DNA of 64,000 nucleotides, taken from Gammaproteobacteria bacterium. Its GTDB lineage: Bacteria; Pseudomonadota; Gammaproteobacteria; JAJFKG01. The translations under genes and the position numbers were made by a program. This document shows positions 38,625 through 48,665 of the stretch, in pieces. A model generated the notes under the pieces. It was not told the DNA's origin, ran no database searches, and worked only from the letters and a program-made list of their open reading frames with translations. The stretch's first letter is position 1; each line of letters begins with the position of its first letter. Location of the stretch: positions 1,674,503 to 1,738,502 of the forward strand of contig OZ220716.1 in the NCBI GenBank assembly GCA_965116795.1, given 5' to 3'.

Positions 38625-39368
38625 ATGCAAAATACCACTGAAAAAATCCAAAAAGTATTAGCCCGTTGCGGGCTGGGATCGCGACGTCAGATTGAAACAT
38701 GGTTACAAGCAGGGCGGATTACTGTCAATGATCACGTGGCCACATTAGGCGATCGGATCACAATGACAGATAACGTTAGAGTTGATGGCAAACTGGTTAC
38801 ATTACTGAATCACACAACAACTCGCGTACTGTGTTACAACAAACCATTAGGTGAAGTGTGTACCCGTGATGATCCTGAAGGCAGGCCAACGGTATTTGCT
38901 CAATTGCCCACTATTAAGCAAGGACGTTGGATCATGATAGGACGTTTAGACATTAACACCAGTGGTTTATTACTATTTACCAATGATGGTGAATTAGCTA
39001 ATAAACTGATGCACCCCAGTCAGCAAGTGATCCGTACCTATGCTGTCAGAGTTATGGGAAAGGTAACGGCTGACATGTTAACTCGTTTGCGCAAAGGTGT
39101 GACGTTAGACGATGGCATGGCTGCATTTACTACAATTAAATGCCAGCAATCACGTAATAAACAGGGTATTAACCAATGGTATCACGTCAGTTTGGCTGAG
39201 GGCCGCAACCGTGAAGTGCGTCGTTTATGGGAAAGCCAGGGCGTGATGATTAGTCGTTTATTACGTATTGGTTATGGCAGTGTTAATTTACCACATGATT
39301 TGCCACAAGGACGTTATATTGAATTAGACCAACGTCAAATAACAAATTTGTTGAAGCATTGTCATTAA
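38625..39368 (+). CDS. rluB: 23S rRNA pseudouridine synthase B
   Basis: S4 domain, NKP.G, GRLDINTSGLLLFTNDG, EGRNREVRR; follows scpAB. Confidence 0.93.
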   Translation: MQNTTEKIQKVLARCGLGSRRQIETWLQAGRITVNDHVATLGDRITMTDNVRVDGKLVTLLNHTTTRVLCYNKPLGEVCTRDDPEGRPTVFAQLPTIKQGRWIMIGRLDINTSGLLLFTNDGELANKLMHPSQQVIRTYAVRVMGKVTADMLTRLRKGVTLDDGMAAFTTIKCQQSRNKQGINQWYHVSLAEGRNREVRRLWESQGVMISRLLRIGYGSVNLPHDLPQGRYIELDQRQITNLLKHCH

Positions 39369-39411
39369 ACCTAAATTCCGCAGTTAAACTGGACTGCGAA
39401 GGGTTAGTGCG
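39368..39411. repeat. repeat family E, terminal remnant
   Basis: AACCTAAATTCCGCAGTTAAACTGGACTGCGAAGG matches the family E end, including the empty IS3 target. Confidence 0.8.
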
Positions 39412-40243
39412 TGCGAAAAGCCACCCATAATTTTTTTAACGGCATGATATCACGGTTTGATTTGATCACACTGGTGTTTGCTGTTTTTTCGTAAATATAT
39501 TCTAATTGTGTCAATGCTAGTTTCATCATAATACGAAAGTAACGTAATTTTCTGTATTGTTTTTCTGGATATATTGCAAGTGCTGCATCGACATGCAGTT
39601 TAACAAATGGGATCTGGTCTTTGACTAAGTGTAGAAAATGAGATGAGCTCACTGGTGAATGCATCTCGTTATCTTGAATGTGTAAACGGCGCAGTAATTC
39701 ATGGGAGAAGGGAAGCTTACCATAATTAGCATATGTCTCAATGGTATCGGTATAATGGGTTAAATCCATTACTACAGCAAAATGACTGGCAAATGAATTG
39801 GTTTTAGCGCACGGTTTAACAAATAAAAAAGCAGCCAATTTAGCTAAAATGCCGCTGGCACGAGCAGAATGTTGTAAGAAGTTCATATTGGTTTCAAATA
39901 CGTTAATATCCAGCCATGTTTCAACTGTATCAATGTATTTAATCAATAAATTGGGATGCCATCCAGGTGTATCCAGATAGGGTATTAAGCAACCCAAAAT
40001 AGGGTGTGCACTATTACCTGTTTCAAATAATTCAATAACCGCATTGCGCCACCAGTGTAGCTTGCTACGAGCAACTTGTGGATCACTGACTAAAAACGGA
40101 ATAGAAAAAACAGCATTGTCAAATGCATACAAACCAAAAATTGCTTTACGTTGGCGAAATGGAACATAGCGACAAGCATAATAACGACTAGAACCAATGG
40201 GTGCAGCGAGTTTACGGCAGTGAAAATAAGGTCTTCTTTTCAT
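39404..40243 (-). CDS. squalene/phytoene synthase family protein (degenerate motifs)
   Basis: GSS.YYA...P...R.A...LYAF, DP.VA..KL.WWR, HPI...L and final P.KKLW.A resemble HpnD/CrtB-fold proteins. Confidence 0.75.
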   Translation of the reverse strand: MKRRPYFHCRKLAAPIGSSRYYACRYVPFRQRKAIFGLYAFDNAVFSIPFLVSDPQVARSKLHWWRNAVIELFETGNSAHPILGCLIPYLDTPGWHPNLLIKYIDTVETWLDINVFETNMNFLQHSARASGILAKLAAFLFVKPCAKTNSFASHFAVVMDLTHYTDTIETYANYGKLPFSHELLRRLHIQDNEMHSPVSSSHFLHLVKDQIPFVKLHVDAALAIYPEKQYRKLRYFRIMMKLALTQLEYIYEKTANTSVIKSNRDIMPLKKLWVAFRTH

Positions 40244-40279
40244 ATATTCAATTCACAATCATCCAGGTGATAATAATAA

Positions 40280-41203
40280 TTAATGTGTGGCAATCACTTG
40301 CGGTAATCCTGTTTTTTCATGAGCAACGCGTTGTACTGTATCCCAGTTAACCTTTACCCCGTATCTTTTAGCAAATTGATTAATGGTTTTTTTCATGCTT
40401 GCTTGGTATTGTGTTTGTTTTGCATGATATTCGTCAGGGACTGGGTGAGCTTCTAAATAAAGACGGTTATTCGCCCAACCAACTTTATACGGTTGATTAA
40501 CGATCCTCACTGGCGTACCCACACCGACTTGCTTGTATAACAATACAATATCTTGTGGCATTAAGCGAATGCAACCGGAGCTAATACGTTGGCCGACACC
40601 ATACGGTGCATTGGTGCCATGGATTAAATAACCGGGCAATCCTAAATATAATGCGTGTGTACCTAATGGATTTTTTTCACCAGCAGGGATTTTATCTGGC
40701 AAGATTACACCTTTGCGCATAGCAACATCTAATTGAATTGATTTGGGAACACGCCACGTTGGGTTTGCTGTTTTGGACACAATTTTGGTGGTGGTTAATG
40801 GTGTTTTCCAACCTTTGCGTCCGATGCCAACAGGATAGGTGACAACATTATGTGAACCATTAGGATAATAATATAAACGTAATTCAGCAACGTTAATCAC
40901 GATGCCTTTTTTAGGTGCATTGGGTAATACAAATCGTTCTGGGATCACCACTGGTTTGCGATCGTTGTATAAGTCGGGTCCGTGTTGTGGGTTGGCCGCA
41001 GCAATTTCTTCAAAGCCAACGCCGGTATGCGTGACTAAGTTATACATTGTCACCCCAGTTTGTACATTGATTTGGTATGCATTACCAACAACATCACCGT
41101 TAGATAATGAATAGGTTTTGGCAAAGCCGGCTGCTGAAACCAGTAATAATAAACTGATGCTAAGCAGTGATTTGGATAGGCTGATAGGGTGTGTATTCAT
41201 CAT
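40280..41203 (-). CDS. L,D-transpeptidase (ErfK/YcfS/YnhG family)
   Basis: Signal peptide, IVINVAELRLYYY, YPVGIG, NPLG, YLIHGTN...G...SSGCIRL. Confidence 0.93.
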   Translation of the reverse strand: MMNTHPISLSKSLLSISLLLLVSAAGFAKTYSLSNGDVVGNAYQINVQTGVTMYNLVTHTGVGFEEIAAANPQHGPDLYNDRKPVVIPERFVLPNAPKKGIVINVAELRLYYYPNGSHNVVTYPVGIGRKGWKTPLTTTKIVSKTANPTWRVPKSIQLDVAMRKGVILPDKIPAGEKNPLGTHALYLGLPGYLIHGTNAPYGVGQRISSGCIRLMPQDIVLLYKQVGVGTPVRIVNQPYKVGWANNRLYLEAHPVPDEYHAKQTQYQASMKKTINQFAKRYGVKVNWDTVQRVAHEKTGLPQVIATH

Positions 41204-41247
41204 AAAGTCCTTGATTGAAAAATATATTACGCTGTTTATGGATGGTA

Positions 41248-41431
41248 TTACAGCCTTTTCCTAAAATAATGACGCATTATAATTTTGGCTTTACTTTTCT
41301 AGCTTCGTCAAATACTTAATAAAAAGTACTCATTTAGGCTTAGCTAAACTCCGTCTTTTTCTTAAGCATTTTCCTTGCTAGAAAAACAAATCCTCGTTCT
41401 AATACCTCATTATTTTAGGAAAAGGCTGTAA
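41248..41431. repeat. MITE-like element family F (184 bp, single copy in window)
   Basis: 25-bp perfect terminal IR TTACAGCCTTTTCCTAAAATAATGA; no coding capacity. Confidence 0.88.
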
Positions 41432-41632
41432 AGGTTCATGGTCGTCGGCAAGTTAACAAGATTAATGCCAATTATATATGTGGTCAGTATTTATTAAGAA
41501 AATGGCGTAAAAATATGGAGTTATTGATGATGTTCAAGGCCATTATCATGCCACTGGATTGATGATAATCCTTGCAGCTGATGGCAAGCTTATTTATACT
41601 ACTTCGTTCCTTAATGACTAGGTAAATGATTC

Positions 41633-43030
41633 ATGATCAAACCAACATTAACCCGTTTAAGTGTTTTTACGCTAGCCATGTTGATTACCGGTGCTATCGA
41701 TAGCATTCGTAACTTGCCAGCGACTGCATTATTTGGCAGCACGCTGATTTTCTTTTTTATATTTGCTGCAATTGTTTTTTTAATCCCAACAGCATTGGTG
41801 TCTGCTGAATTATCGGCAACCTGGACTCAAGACAGTGGTGTCTATAACTGGGTGAAAAAGGCCTTTGGTGAACGATGGGCATTCTTTGCAATTTGGTTGC
41901 AATGGATTAACACAATGGTATGGTACCCAACCATTTTATCATTCATTGCTGGCACTATTGCTTTTTTAATTGATCCACAATTAGCGCAACAACGTTGGTA
42001 TTTGGTCAGTGTTATTTTAATTGTATTTTGGTTGCTAACCTTACTTAACTTGCGTGGGTTGCGCACGTCTGCGCGCTTTGCGACGTGGTGTACCATCATC
42101 GGCATGATGTTGCCAATGGCTATTATTATGGTATTGGCAGCAATTTGGTTATTAATGGGTAATGCCTCACAAATTCAAGTTAATTTGCATACTGTGATGC
42201 CTAATCTTGCCCACACTAACAGTTGGGTTTCACTGACCGCAATCATGGCTGCTTTTTTAGGTATGGAGTTAGCAGCAGTACATGTGAAAGACATTGAAGA
42301 TCCACAAGCAAAATTTCCCAAGGCAGTATTGTTATCTGTAGTGATTATTTTAGTCACCATGATTTGTGGTGCGCTAGCGATTGCAATGGTGATCCCAACT
42401 CATGAGATCAATTTAGTTGAAGGGGTGATGCAAGCCTTCCAACAATTTTTTAGTCGTTATCATTTAACCTGGATGACACCAGTGTTAACCATTATGTTAA
42501 TTATTGGTAGTTTAGGTGGGATGATCAATTGGATCATTTCGCCTGCCAAAGGGTTATTGCATGCCGGTGAAAATGGTTACTTGCCAGCAGTATTAACTCG
42601 CAAAAATAGCAAAGGTGTGGCAGCTAATCTGCTAATTCTACAAGCGATATTAGTGAGTGTAGTGTGTCTTGCATTTTTATTAATGCCCAGCGTGAATGGA
42701 TCGTATTGGTTGTTAACCGATCTGAGTACACAATTGTACATGTTAATGTATATGTTATTATTTATTGCTGCATTTACCTTGCGTAAACGTCACCCGCAAC
42801 AACACAGTGCATTTAAGATCCCCGGTGGTATATGGGGAATAGGTAGTACCTGTGGCTTAGGGTTAATTGGTTGTGTGATCACATTGTATGTTGGCTTTTT
42901 CCCACCAGAAGGCATCGATGTTGGTTCATTTGCACATTATGAAACAGTGTTTTCAAGCGGTATTATTTTGATGATTATTCCAGCTGGTTTGTTTTTCTTA
43001 TATAAGAAAAAGTCAGAAGTCTACGTGTAA
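41633..43030 (+). CDS. APC family amino acid permease (GadC/YjdE-like)
   Basis: SIRNLP, P.ALVSAEL, G.YNWV..AFG, FLGME; about 12 TM segments. Confidence 0.9.
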   Translation: MIKPTLTRLSVFTLAMLITGAIDSIRNLPATALFGSTLIFFFIFAAIVFLIPTALVSAELSATWTQDSGVYNWVKKAFGERWAFFAIWLQWINTMVWYPTILSFIAGTIAFLIDPQLAQQRWYLVSVILIVFWLLTLLNLRGLRTSARFATWCTIIGMMLPMAIIMVLAAIWLLMGNASQIQVNLHTVMPNLAHTNSWVSLTAIMAAFLGMELAAVHVKDIEDPQAKFPKAVLLSVVIILVTMICGALAIAMVIPTHEINLVEGVMQAFQQFFSRYHLTWMTPVLTIMLIIGSLGGMINWIISPAKGLLHAGENGYLPAVLTRKNSKGVAANLLILQAILVSVVCLAFLLMPSVNGSYWLLTDLSTQLYMLMYMLLFIAAFTLRKRHPQQHSAFKIPGGIWGIGSTCGLGLIGCVITLYVGFFPPEGIDVGSFAHYETVFSSGIILMIIPAGLFFLYKKKSEVYV

Positions 43031-43046
43031 AGTGCAAAGAGTATAA

Positions 43047-44300
43047 TTAACGCGTTTGCCCGCCACCATAAATTCGATATTGATAACTGGTTAATTCAGC
43101 TAATCCCATTGGGCCTCTGGCATGCAGCTTGTCGGTACTGATCCCAATCTCTGCCCCCATACCGAATTCACTGCCATCGGTAAAACGGGTTGATGCATTC
43201 ACGTAGACAGCAGCTGAATCGACACTACACATAAAATGCTGTTGAGCTGTTTTATCATTTGTGACAATCGCATCAGAATGATGTGAACCATAACGATTAA
43301 TATGAGTAATGGCATCATCGATTGAATCGACGATCGCAATCGATAACACTAAATCTAAGTATTCTGTTTGCCAATCTTGATCAGTAGCGGGTGTCATATT
43401 CGTTATAAGTGCACAAGCACGTTGATCACCACGTAATTGCACACCGGCCTGGTGCAATTGTATTGCCATTTTCGGTAAGAATGCATTAGCAATGTTTTGA
43501 TGTATGAGCAAGGTTTCCATTGCATTGCATACACCAGGACGCTGACATTTAGCATTTAAACAAATGGAAAGTGCCATATCGATATCCGCATCTGCATCAA
43601 CGTAAGTATGACAAATGCCTTTGTAGTGTTTAATTACTGGAACTTTAGCGACATCAGTCACGTATTGAATCAATCCCTCACCACCGCGTGGAATAATCAA
43701 ATCCACATTCTCAGTATCGCTGGCTAATAAACCAATACAGCGGCGATCAGTTGATTCGACATATTGTAATGCGCCTGCTGGTAACAATTGCGCTTTTCCA
43801 GCAGTTAACAAAGCACGTAAAATCGCTTGATTAGAATGTTGTGCTTCACTACCGCCACGCAGAATTAATGCATTACCTGTTTTTAAACACAATCCTGCGA
43901 CATCTGCGGTGACATTAGGGCGTGCTTCATAAACAACAACAATGACACCAATCGGTGTGCGCACTTTGCAAATTTGCATACCATTTTCATGTGTCATCTC
44001 AGTTAAGGTGTCACCAATTGGATCAGGTAAGTTGGCAACATAGTTTAATCCAGTTGCCATCGCTTCAACTCGAGTTTTATCTAAACGCAGTCTATCAATT
44101 AGCGCAGGTGTTTGTTGTTTTGCGATCGCGTTATCGACATCTTGCTGGTTAGCTTGCAAGATCTGCTTGGTTTGTTCACGCAAACAGGTTGCCATGGTGA
44201 TTAAGAGTGCATTTTTAGCCTCAGTGCTAAGGCTAGCTAATGTGTAACTGGCTTGGCGTGCGCGAGTGGTGAGTTGACTAATTTCATTGGCTAATGTCAT
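43047..44300 (-). CDS. proA: gamma-glutamyl phosphate reductase
   Basis: YEARPNVT, LRGGSEA, IPRGG, PGVCNAMET, YVNASTRF.DG.EFG.GAEIGIST.KLHARGP. Confidence 0.97.
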   Translation of the reverse strand: MTLANEISQLTTRARQASYTLASLSTEAKNALLITMATCLREQTKQILQANQQDVDNAIAKQQTPALIDRLRLDKTRVEAMATGLNYVANLPDPIGDTLTEMTHENGMQICKVRTPIGVIVVVYEARPNVTADVAGLCLKTGNALILRGGSEAQHSNQAILRALLTAGKAQLLPAGALQYVESTDRRCIGLLASDTENVDLIIPRGGEGLIQYVTDVAKVPVIKHYKGICHTYVDADADIDMALSICLNAKCQRPGVCNAMETLLIHQNIANAFLPKMAIQLHQAGVQLRGDQRACALITNMTPATDQDWQTEYLDLVLSIAIVDSIDDAITHINRYGSHHSDAIVTNDKTAQQHFMCSVDSAAVYVNASTRFTDGSEFGMGAEIGISTDKLHARGPMGLAELTSYQYRIYGGGQTR

Positions 44301-44304
44301 GTGA

Positions 44305-45468
44305 TTATCCTGTTGCATCATCAAATAGAATTAAGTTATCACGATGGATCACTTCGTCGGGGTATTGTCCTTGCAATAAGCGATTAATCTCACGACTATG
44401 ATGACCCTTAATGATAGCAATGTCATCATGATTAAATTCAGTTAAACCATGCCCGATCACAGTGTTGTTGTGACTCATCAATGCTAATAAAGCGCCTTCA
44501 GTAAATTGACCGCTTACCTTGATGATCCCACTGGGTAATAAACTTTTCTTACCAGTTTGCAGGGCATGACAGGCTCCATCGTCTAAGTGTAACTCGCCTT
44601 GGATACGGTTAAAAAAGCGGATCCAACCTTTACGTTTACCCAATGTGCGTTGTTTGATGGGTACATCTAATAGTGTACCTACATCATCACCGTTAACAAT
44701 ACGTTTTAATACAGTAGCGCTGTTGCCATCGGCAATGATCACCGGGATCCCATTTTGATTGGCAATGTTAGCTGCATCTAATTTACTGTGCATACCGCCA
44801 ATAGATAAGTTATTATGTTTTTTACGCTGAATATGTTGATAATGTTCGCTATTGATCTTAGCAATATAGGGAATACGTTGATGATCACCATTCGACAAAT
44901 AAGCATATAACCCATCTGTGGTGGTTAGCAAAATCAATAAATCGGCATCCACTAATGTAGCCACTAATGCTGACAATGTATCGTTGTCACCAATTTTAAT
45001 TTCATCAACTGACACTACATCATTTTCATTAATGATTGGAATGATCCGGCGACGCAGACTGTTTAACAACGTATTGCGCGCATTTAAGTGGCGTGTACGT
45101 TGTTTTAAGTCAAGGTGAGTTAATAGCATTTGGCTAATCACACAATCATAGTTAGCAAATGCACGTTGATATTGATGTAATAATCGAGTTTGTCCAACAG
45201 CAGCGGCTAATTGACAATCGACTAATTTACGTGGCCGTTGTTTGAAACCTAATAATGGTGTGCCGGCACCAATTGCGCCAGAAGAGACTAATACGATCTC
45301 TTTACCGAGTTGGTGATAATCGACTAATTGTTTAATCAAGCATTTGATGTGGTGATTGTGTGGTTGACCATTTTTATCAACCAATAAATGTGTCCCGACT
45401 TTCACAACAATCCGTTTAGCCTTGCTCATTTGAGCGCGACGCATTGTATTGTGTTGTTGATGTGACAT
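44305..45468 (-). CDS. proB: glutamate 5-kinase
   Basis: IVVKVGT, VSSGAI, AAVGQ, INENDVV, GDNDTLSA, GGM.SK, PUA domain, IHRDNL. Confidence 0.96.
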   Translation of the reverse strand: MSHQQHNTMRRAQMSKAKRIVVKVGTHLLVDKNGQPHNHHIKCLIKQLVDYHQLGKEIVLVSSGAIGAGTPLLGFKQRPRKLVDCQLAAAVGQTRLLHQYQRAFANYDCVISQMLLTHLDLKQRTRHLNARNTLLNSLRRRIIPIINENDVVSVDEIKIGDNDTLSALVATLVDADLLILLTTTDGLYAYLSNGDHQRIPYIAKINSEHYQHIQRKKHNNLSIGGMHSKLDAANIANQNGIPVIIADGNSATVLKRIVNGDDVGTLLDVPIKQRTLGKRKGWIRFFNRIQGELHLDDGACHALQTGKKSLLPSGIIKVSGQFTEGALLALMSHNNTVIGHGLTEFNHDDIAIIKGHHSREINRLLQGQYPDEVIHRDNLILFDDATG

Positions 45469-45647
45469 GAAAGACTCAATGTATTGACTAAGACCAGATT
45501 GTAGCCAAGTCACTCTATAGGTGCAATTTCCCAAAGGTTAAATATGATGGCGGTTATCATTGTGCTATTTCTCATCAATTTTAAGTTTGCGTCACTATTA
45601 TCCCTTGCGTATACTGTTTATAGTAACGTTGATAAAAGGATAACTTC

Positions 45648-46253
45648 ATGTTAACTGATGTACTGCCAGCGCAATTGCGCAAAGATGATGACGCAGATAA
45701 ATCCCCTAAATTATCTGAAACCATTACCAATGCCTTATTTGAGTCGCGCACTATTTTATTTTTCGGTCCAATGAATGAAAAGGTATCGCGAGAATTAACT
45801 GCGCAATTGTGGGCGATGGCACATGTCAGTGATAATCCGATAAAATTAATTATTAATTCTCCTGGTGGTCATGTTGAATCTGGTGACACTATCCACGATT
45901 TACTAACCTTTTTAAAACCGACGATCAAAGTGATTGGTACCGGGTATGTTGCCAGTATTGCGTCACACATTTATTTAGCCGCTAAACTAGAAAATCGTTT
46001 TTGTTTACCTAATACTCGCTTTTTGTTACATCAACCTAGTGGTGGCATGGGCGGTCCAGCAGTTGATATCGATATCCAAGCGCGTGAAATCATTAAAATG
46101 AAACAACGGATCAACACCATTATCGCTCGTGAAACTGGGCAGCCGGTTGAACGGGTTGCGCGTGATACTGAGCGTGATTATTGGATGAATGCTGAAGAAG
46201 CAATTGAATACGGGATGGTTGGTAAAGTCATCCAATCTATCGATGAAATCTAG
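45648..46253 (+). CDS. clpP: ATP-dependent Clp protease proteolytic subunit (solitary paralogue)
   Basis: INSPGG, VASIAS (Ser), LLHQPSGG (His), ERDYWM (Asp). Confidence 0.9.
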   Translation: MLTDVLPAQLRKDDDADKSPKLSETITNALFESRTILFFGPMNEKVSRELTAQLWAMAHVSDNPIKLIINSPGGHVESGDTIHDLLTFLKPTIKVIGTGYVASIASHIYLAAKLENRFCLPNTRFLLHQPSGGMGGPAVDIDIQAREIIKMKQRINTIIARETGQPVERVARDTERDYWMNAEEAIEYGMVGKVIQSIDEI

Positions 46254-46262
46254 TAACTGTTC

Positions 46263-46426
46263 AAGCACTATTAAGGAAAACACCATCTTTGGCGGATCTT
46301 GCTAGAAAACATCAATAAAAAGCTTGTCCCAGGCTTGAACTGGGATGCTCATGTATGCTCAAATACGCTGCGCCTTTTTCCTGATATTTTCTGGTAACCT
46401 CCACTTAAAGCTGACGTTTTTTGGTA
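46263..46426 (+). repeat. repeat family C, full copy with nested ~21-bp palindrome
   Basis: Homologous to the reverse of 49371-49512; extra GTCCCAGGCTTGAACTGGGA at ~46326-46345. Confidence 0.85.
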
Positions 46427-46479
46427 AAGTAAAAGATCAAAATCTAAATGGTTACCGCATTTTTATTCAAAATTTCCTT

Positions 46480-47691
46480 TTAACTCGTCTCATCGGCTAA
46501 TGAGGCAATCATGACATTTGGATCAATATCTTGTCGGTAATTAATCTCATCGCAATCAAAACCAAATAAGTTAAAGAATGCTTTGCGATAGCCGGCCAAG
46601 TCAGTTAATTCCATCACATTGTCTTGAGTGATTTGTGGCCATATTTCAGCAATAGCCTGTTGCACATCTTGCTGCATTTCCCAGTCATCGATACGGATCC
46701 GACCTTGGTCATCAACGGGTACGTGTTGATCCGCAGTATATAAACAATCATTAAATAAGCGATAAATTTGTTGAATACAGTCTTCGTGCAATTGTTTTTC
46801 TTTCATGACTTTAAATAAGATCGAAATATATAACGGTACAATGGGGATCGCGGCACTTGATTGAGTAACAACGGCTTTGTTAACCGATACATATGCATGG
46901 CCTTGCAAATCACGTAGTTGGTTATCTAACTCATGTGCAGTATTCTCTAAGTTTTTCTTAGCTTGACCAATAGTGCCATCACGATAGATTGGGAAAGTTA
47001 ACTCAGGGCCAATGTAAGAATAAGCAACGGTTTTAACATTCGGTGCTAACACGTTAGCACGTTGCAATGCATCTACCCACATTCGCCAATCTTCGCCACC
47101 CATCACTTTAACGGTGTTGTTAATTTCAGTAGCATTTGCCGGTTCGATCATGACATCCTGTAATTGCCCAGTGAGCGGATCGATAGTTTGATTATGAAAG
47201 GGTTTGTCACAAGTTTTCAGCACCGAATTATACGTTTGCTCATCATTTGGATCGATGCGACGTGGTGAGGCTAAACTATAGATAATTAAATCAATCGTAC
47301 CAAAATGTTGTTTAATCATATCGACGGTGCGTTGTTTGATTTCATTTGAGAAGGCATCACCGTTAATGCTCATTGCTAATTGACCATCTTGACTTGCAGC
47401 GTGTTCGAATGCAGCAATGTTATACCAACCAGCAGATGCAGTGCGTTTACCACTCGCCGGTTTTTCAAAAAATACTCCCAATGTGTTTGCATTTAATGCA
47501 AAACGAGCGGTGATCAATGAGGCTAACCCATATCCTGTAGACGCGCCGATCACCAATATATTATTAACAGTAGGTTGATTGATCGGTGATTGTTGTTTGA
47601 TGTAATTGATTTGATGGTTAACGTGTGCTTGGCAACCTGTTGGATGTGCAGTTGTACAAATGAATCCACGGGTTTTGGGTTCAATGATCAT
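46480..47691 (-). CDS. fabV: enoyl-ACP reductase FabV
   Basis: RGFICTTAHP.GC, GASTGYGLAS, SINGDAFS, YSLASPRR, VMGGEDW, IY..GTIG.AK, FGF. Confidence 0.96.
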   Translation of the reverse strand: MIIEPKTRGFICTTAHPTGCQAHVNHQINYIKQQSPINQPTVNNILVIGASTGYGLASLITARFALNANTLGVFFEKPASGKRTASAGWYNIAAFEHAASQDGQLAMSINGDAFSNEIKQRTVDMIKQHFGTIDLIIYSLASPRRIDPNDEQTYNSVLKTCDKPFHNQTIDPLTGQLQDVMIEPANATEINNTVKVMGGEDWRMWVDALQRANVLAPNVKTVAYSYIGPELTFPIYRDGTIGQAKKNLENTAHELDNQLRDLQGHAYVSVNKAVVTQSSAAIPIVPLYISILFKVMKEKQLHEDCIQQIYRLFNDCLYTADQHVPVDDQGRIRIDDWEMQQDVQQAIAEIWPQITQDNVMELTDLAGYRKAFFNLFGFDCDEINYRQDIDPNVMIASLADETS

Positions 47692-47830
47692 GACGATTAT
47701 ATCTCCTCAATGTGCTTAGTAGACGGTTGTACAAAGATGAAATACAACGTAGTTCATACCGAAACCGTCGAGTTTTTTCTGACCCGAGCCCGAGTCTTTC
47801 TGAACAAATTCAGCATCGGCCGCGATTATA
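47692..47830 (-). promoter_or_regulatory. fabV promoter (-10 TATAAT with GC-rich discriminator) and structured 5' leader
   Basis: TATAAT at 47830-47825 followed by CGCGGCCG; three hairpins at 47800-47813, 47781-47796 and 47722-47769; RBS GAGGAG. Confidence 0.6.
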
Positions 47831-47924
47831 GCCTCATTTGCTAGGATAATGCTATCTTACCAATGAAACGACTGTTGTTGTGCCAACAGATGGTGTAATC
47901 TTGGCAAGCAGGGTAGCTATTATT

Positions 47925-48052
47925 TATACTCAAAGCGTTTTGAATTTAGGCGAGGCGACAAGCCTTCGAATCAACAGGAGTGTATTGAAATACATGACTG
48001 TTGTGAGAAGGCGCAGCCAACGAAGACCTAAATTTAAAACGCGAAGAGTATA
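47925..48052 (-). repeat. MITE-like repeat family B (128 bp)
   Basis: Reverse complement of 50808-50935; TATACTC/GAGTATA ends. Confidence 0.92.
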
Positions 48053-48093
48053 GTTGCGCAATAATGGACTTAACACAGAGGAAGATCACTATC

Positions 48094-48651
48094 ATGTCCG
48101 CCAATGGCTCGTCTCCAACAAATGGTGAAGTCACTATCAGCCAATCAGTAGCAATTTTGGTTGATGGTAACAATATTGAAATCAGTATTCATGAACAATG
48201 TGGCGATACAGGTGCTATGTTAAATTTCGATACCTTGATCCCAAAATTGATTGGCAATCGTTCGTTAAACCGTTTAATTTATTTTCGTGAAGGCACTGCC
48301 ATTTCCAGTAAATTAGCTGAACGTCTGCATAGTCGCTATCATGGTTCAGTACGACCATGTCATAAAACTGCTGATATTCCATTGTCAATTAAAGCAATGC
48401 AATTGGCGAGTAAGGTCGACACCATTATTATCATGTCTGGCGATTCCGATTACATTGAATTAGTGCGCCATGTAAAGGCCGAAGGTGTGCGTGTTGAAAT
48501 TGCAGCGATTACTGCCACCACATCCAACTTACTAAAAGAAGAAGCTGATTATTTTCATCCAATCGTTGCTAGCGATTGGTTTACCCTGACGCAAAAAAAG
48601 AAATCATCTGCACGTAAGGGCAATCATAAACGTCAACGGCGTAACAATTAA
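48094..48651 (+). CDS. NYN domain (LabA/DUF88, PIN-like) protein
   Basis: ILVDGNN, K.ADI, IIMSGDSDY..LV, G.RVE, L...AD.F. Confidence 0.88.
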   Translation: MSANGSSPTNGEVTISQSVAILVDGNNIEISIHEQCGDTGAMLNFDTLIPKLIGNRSLNRLIYFREGTAISSKLAERLHSRYHGSVRPCHKTADIPLSIKAMQLASKVDTIIIMSGDSDYIELVRHVKAEGVRVEIAAITATTSNLLKEEADYFHPIVASDWFTLTQKKKSSARKGNHKRQRRNN

Positions 48652-48665
48652 AAAATAACAACAAA

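Noticed and set aside
48094-48651. NYN nuclease as a toxin or defence module
   Set aside because: No partner gene; solitary LabA/DUF88 proteins are widespread.
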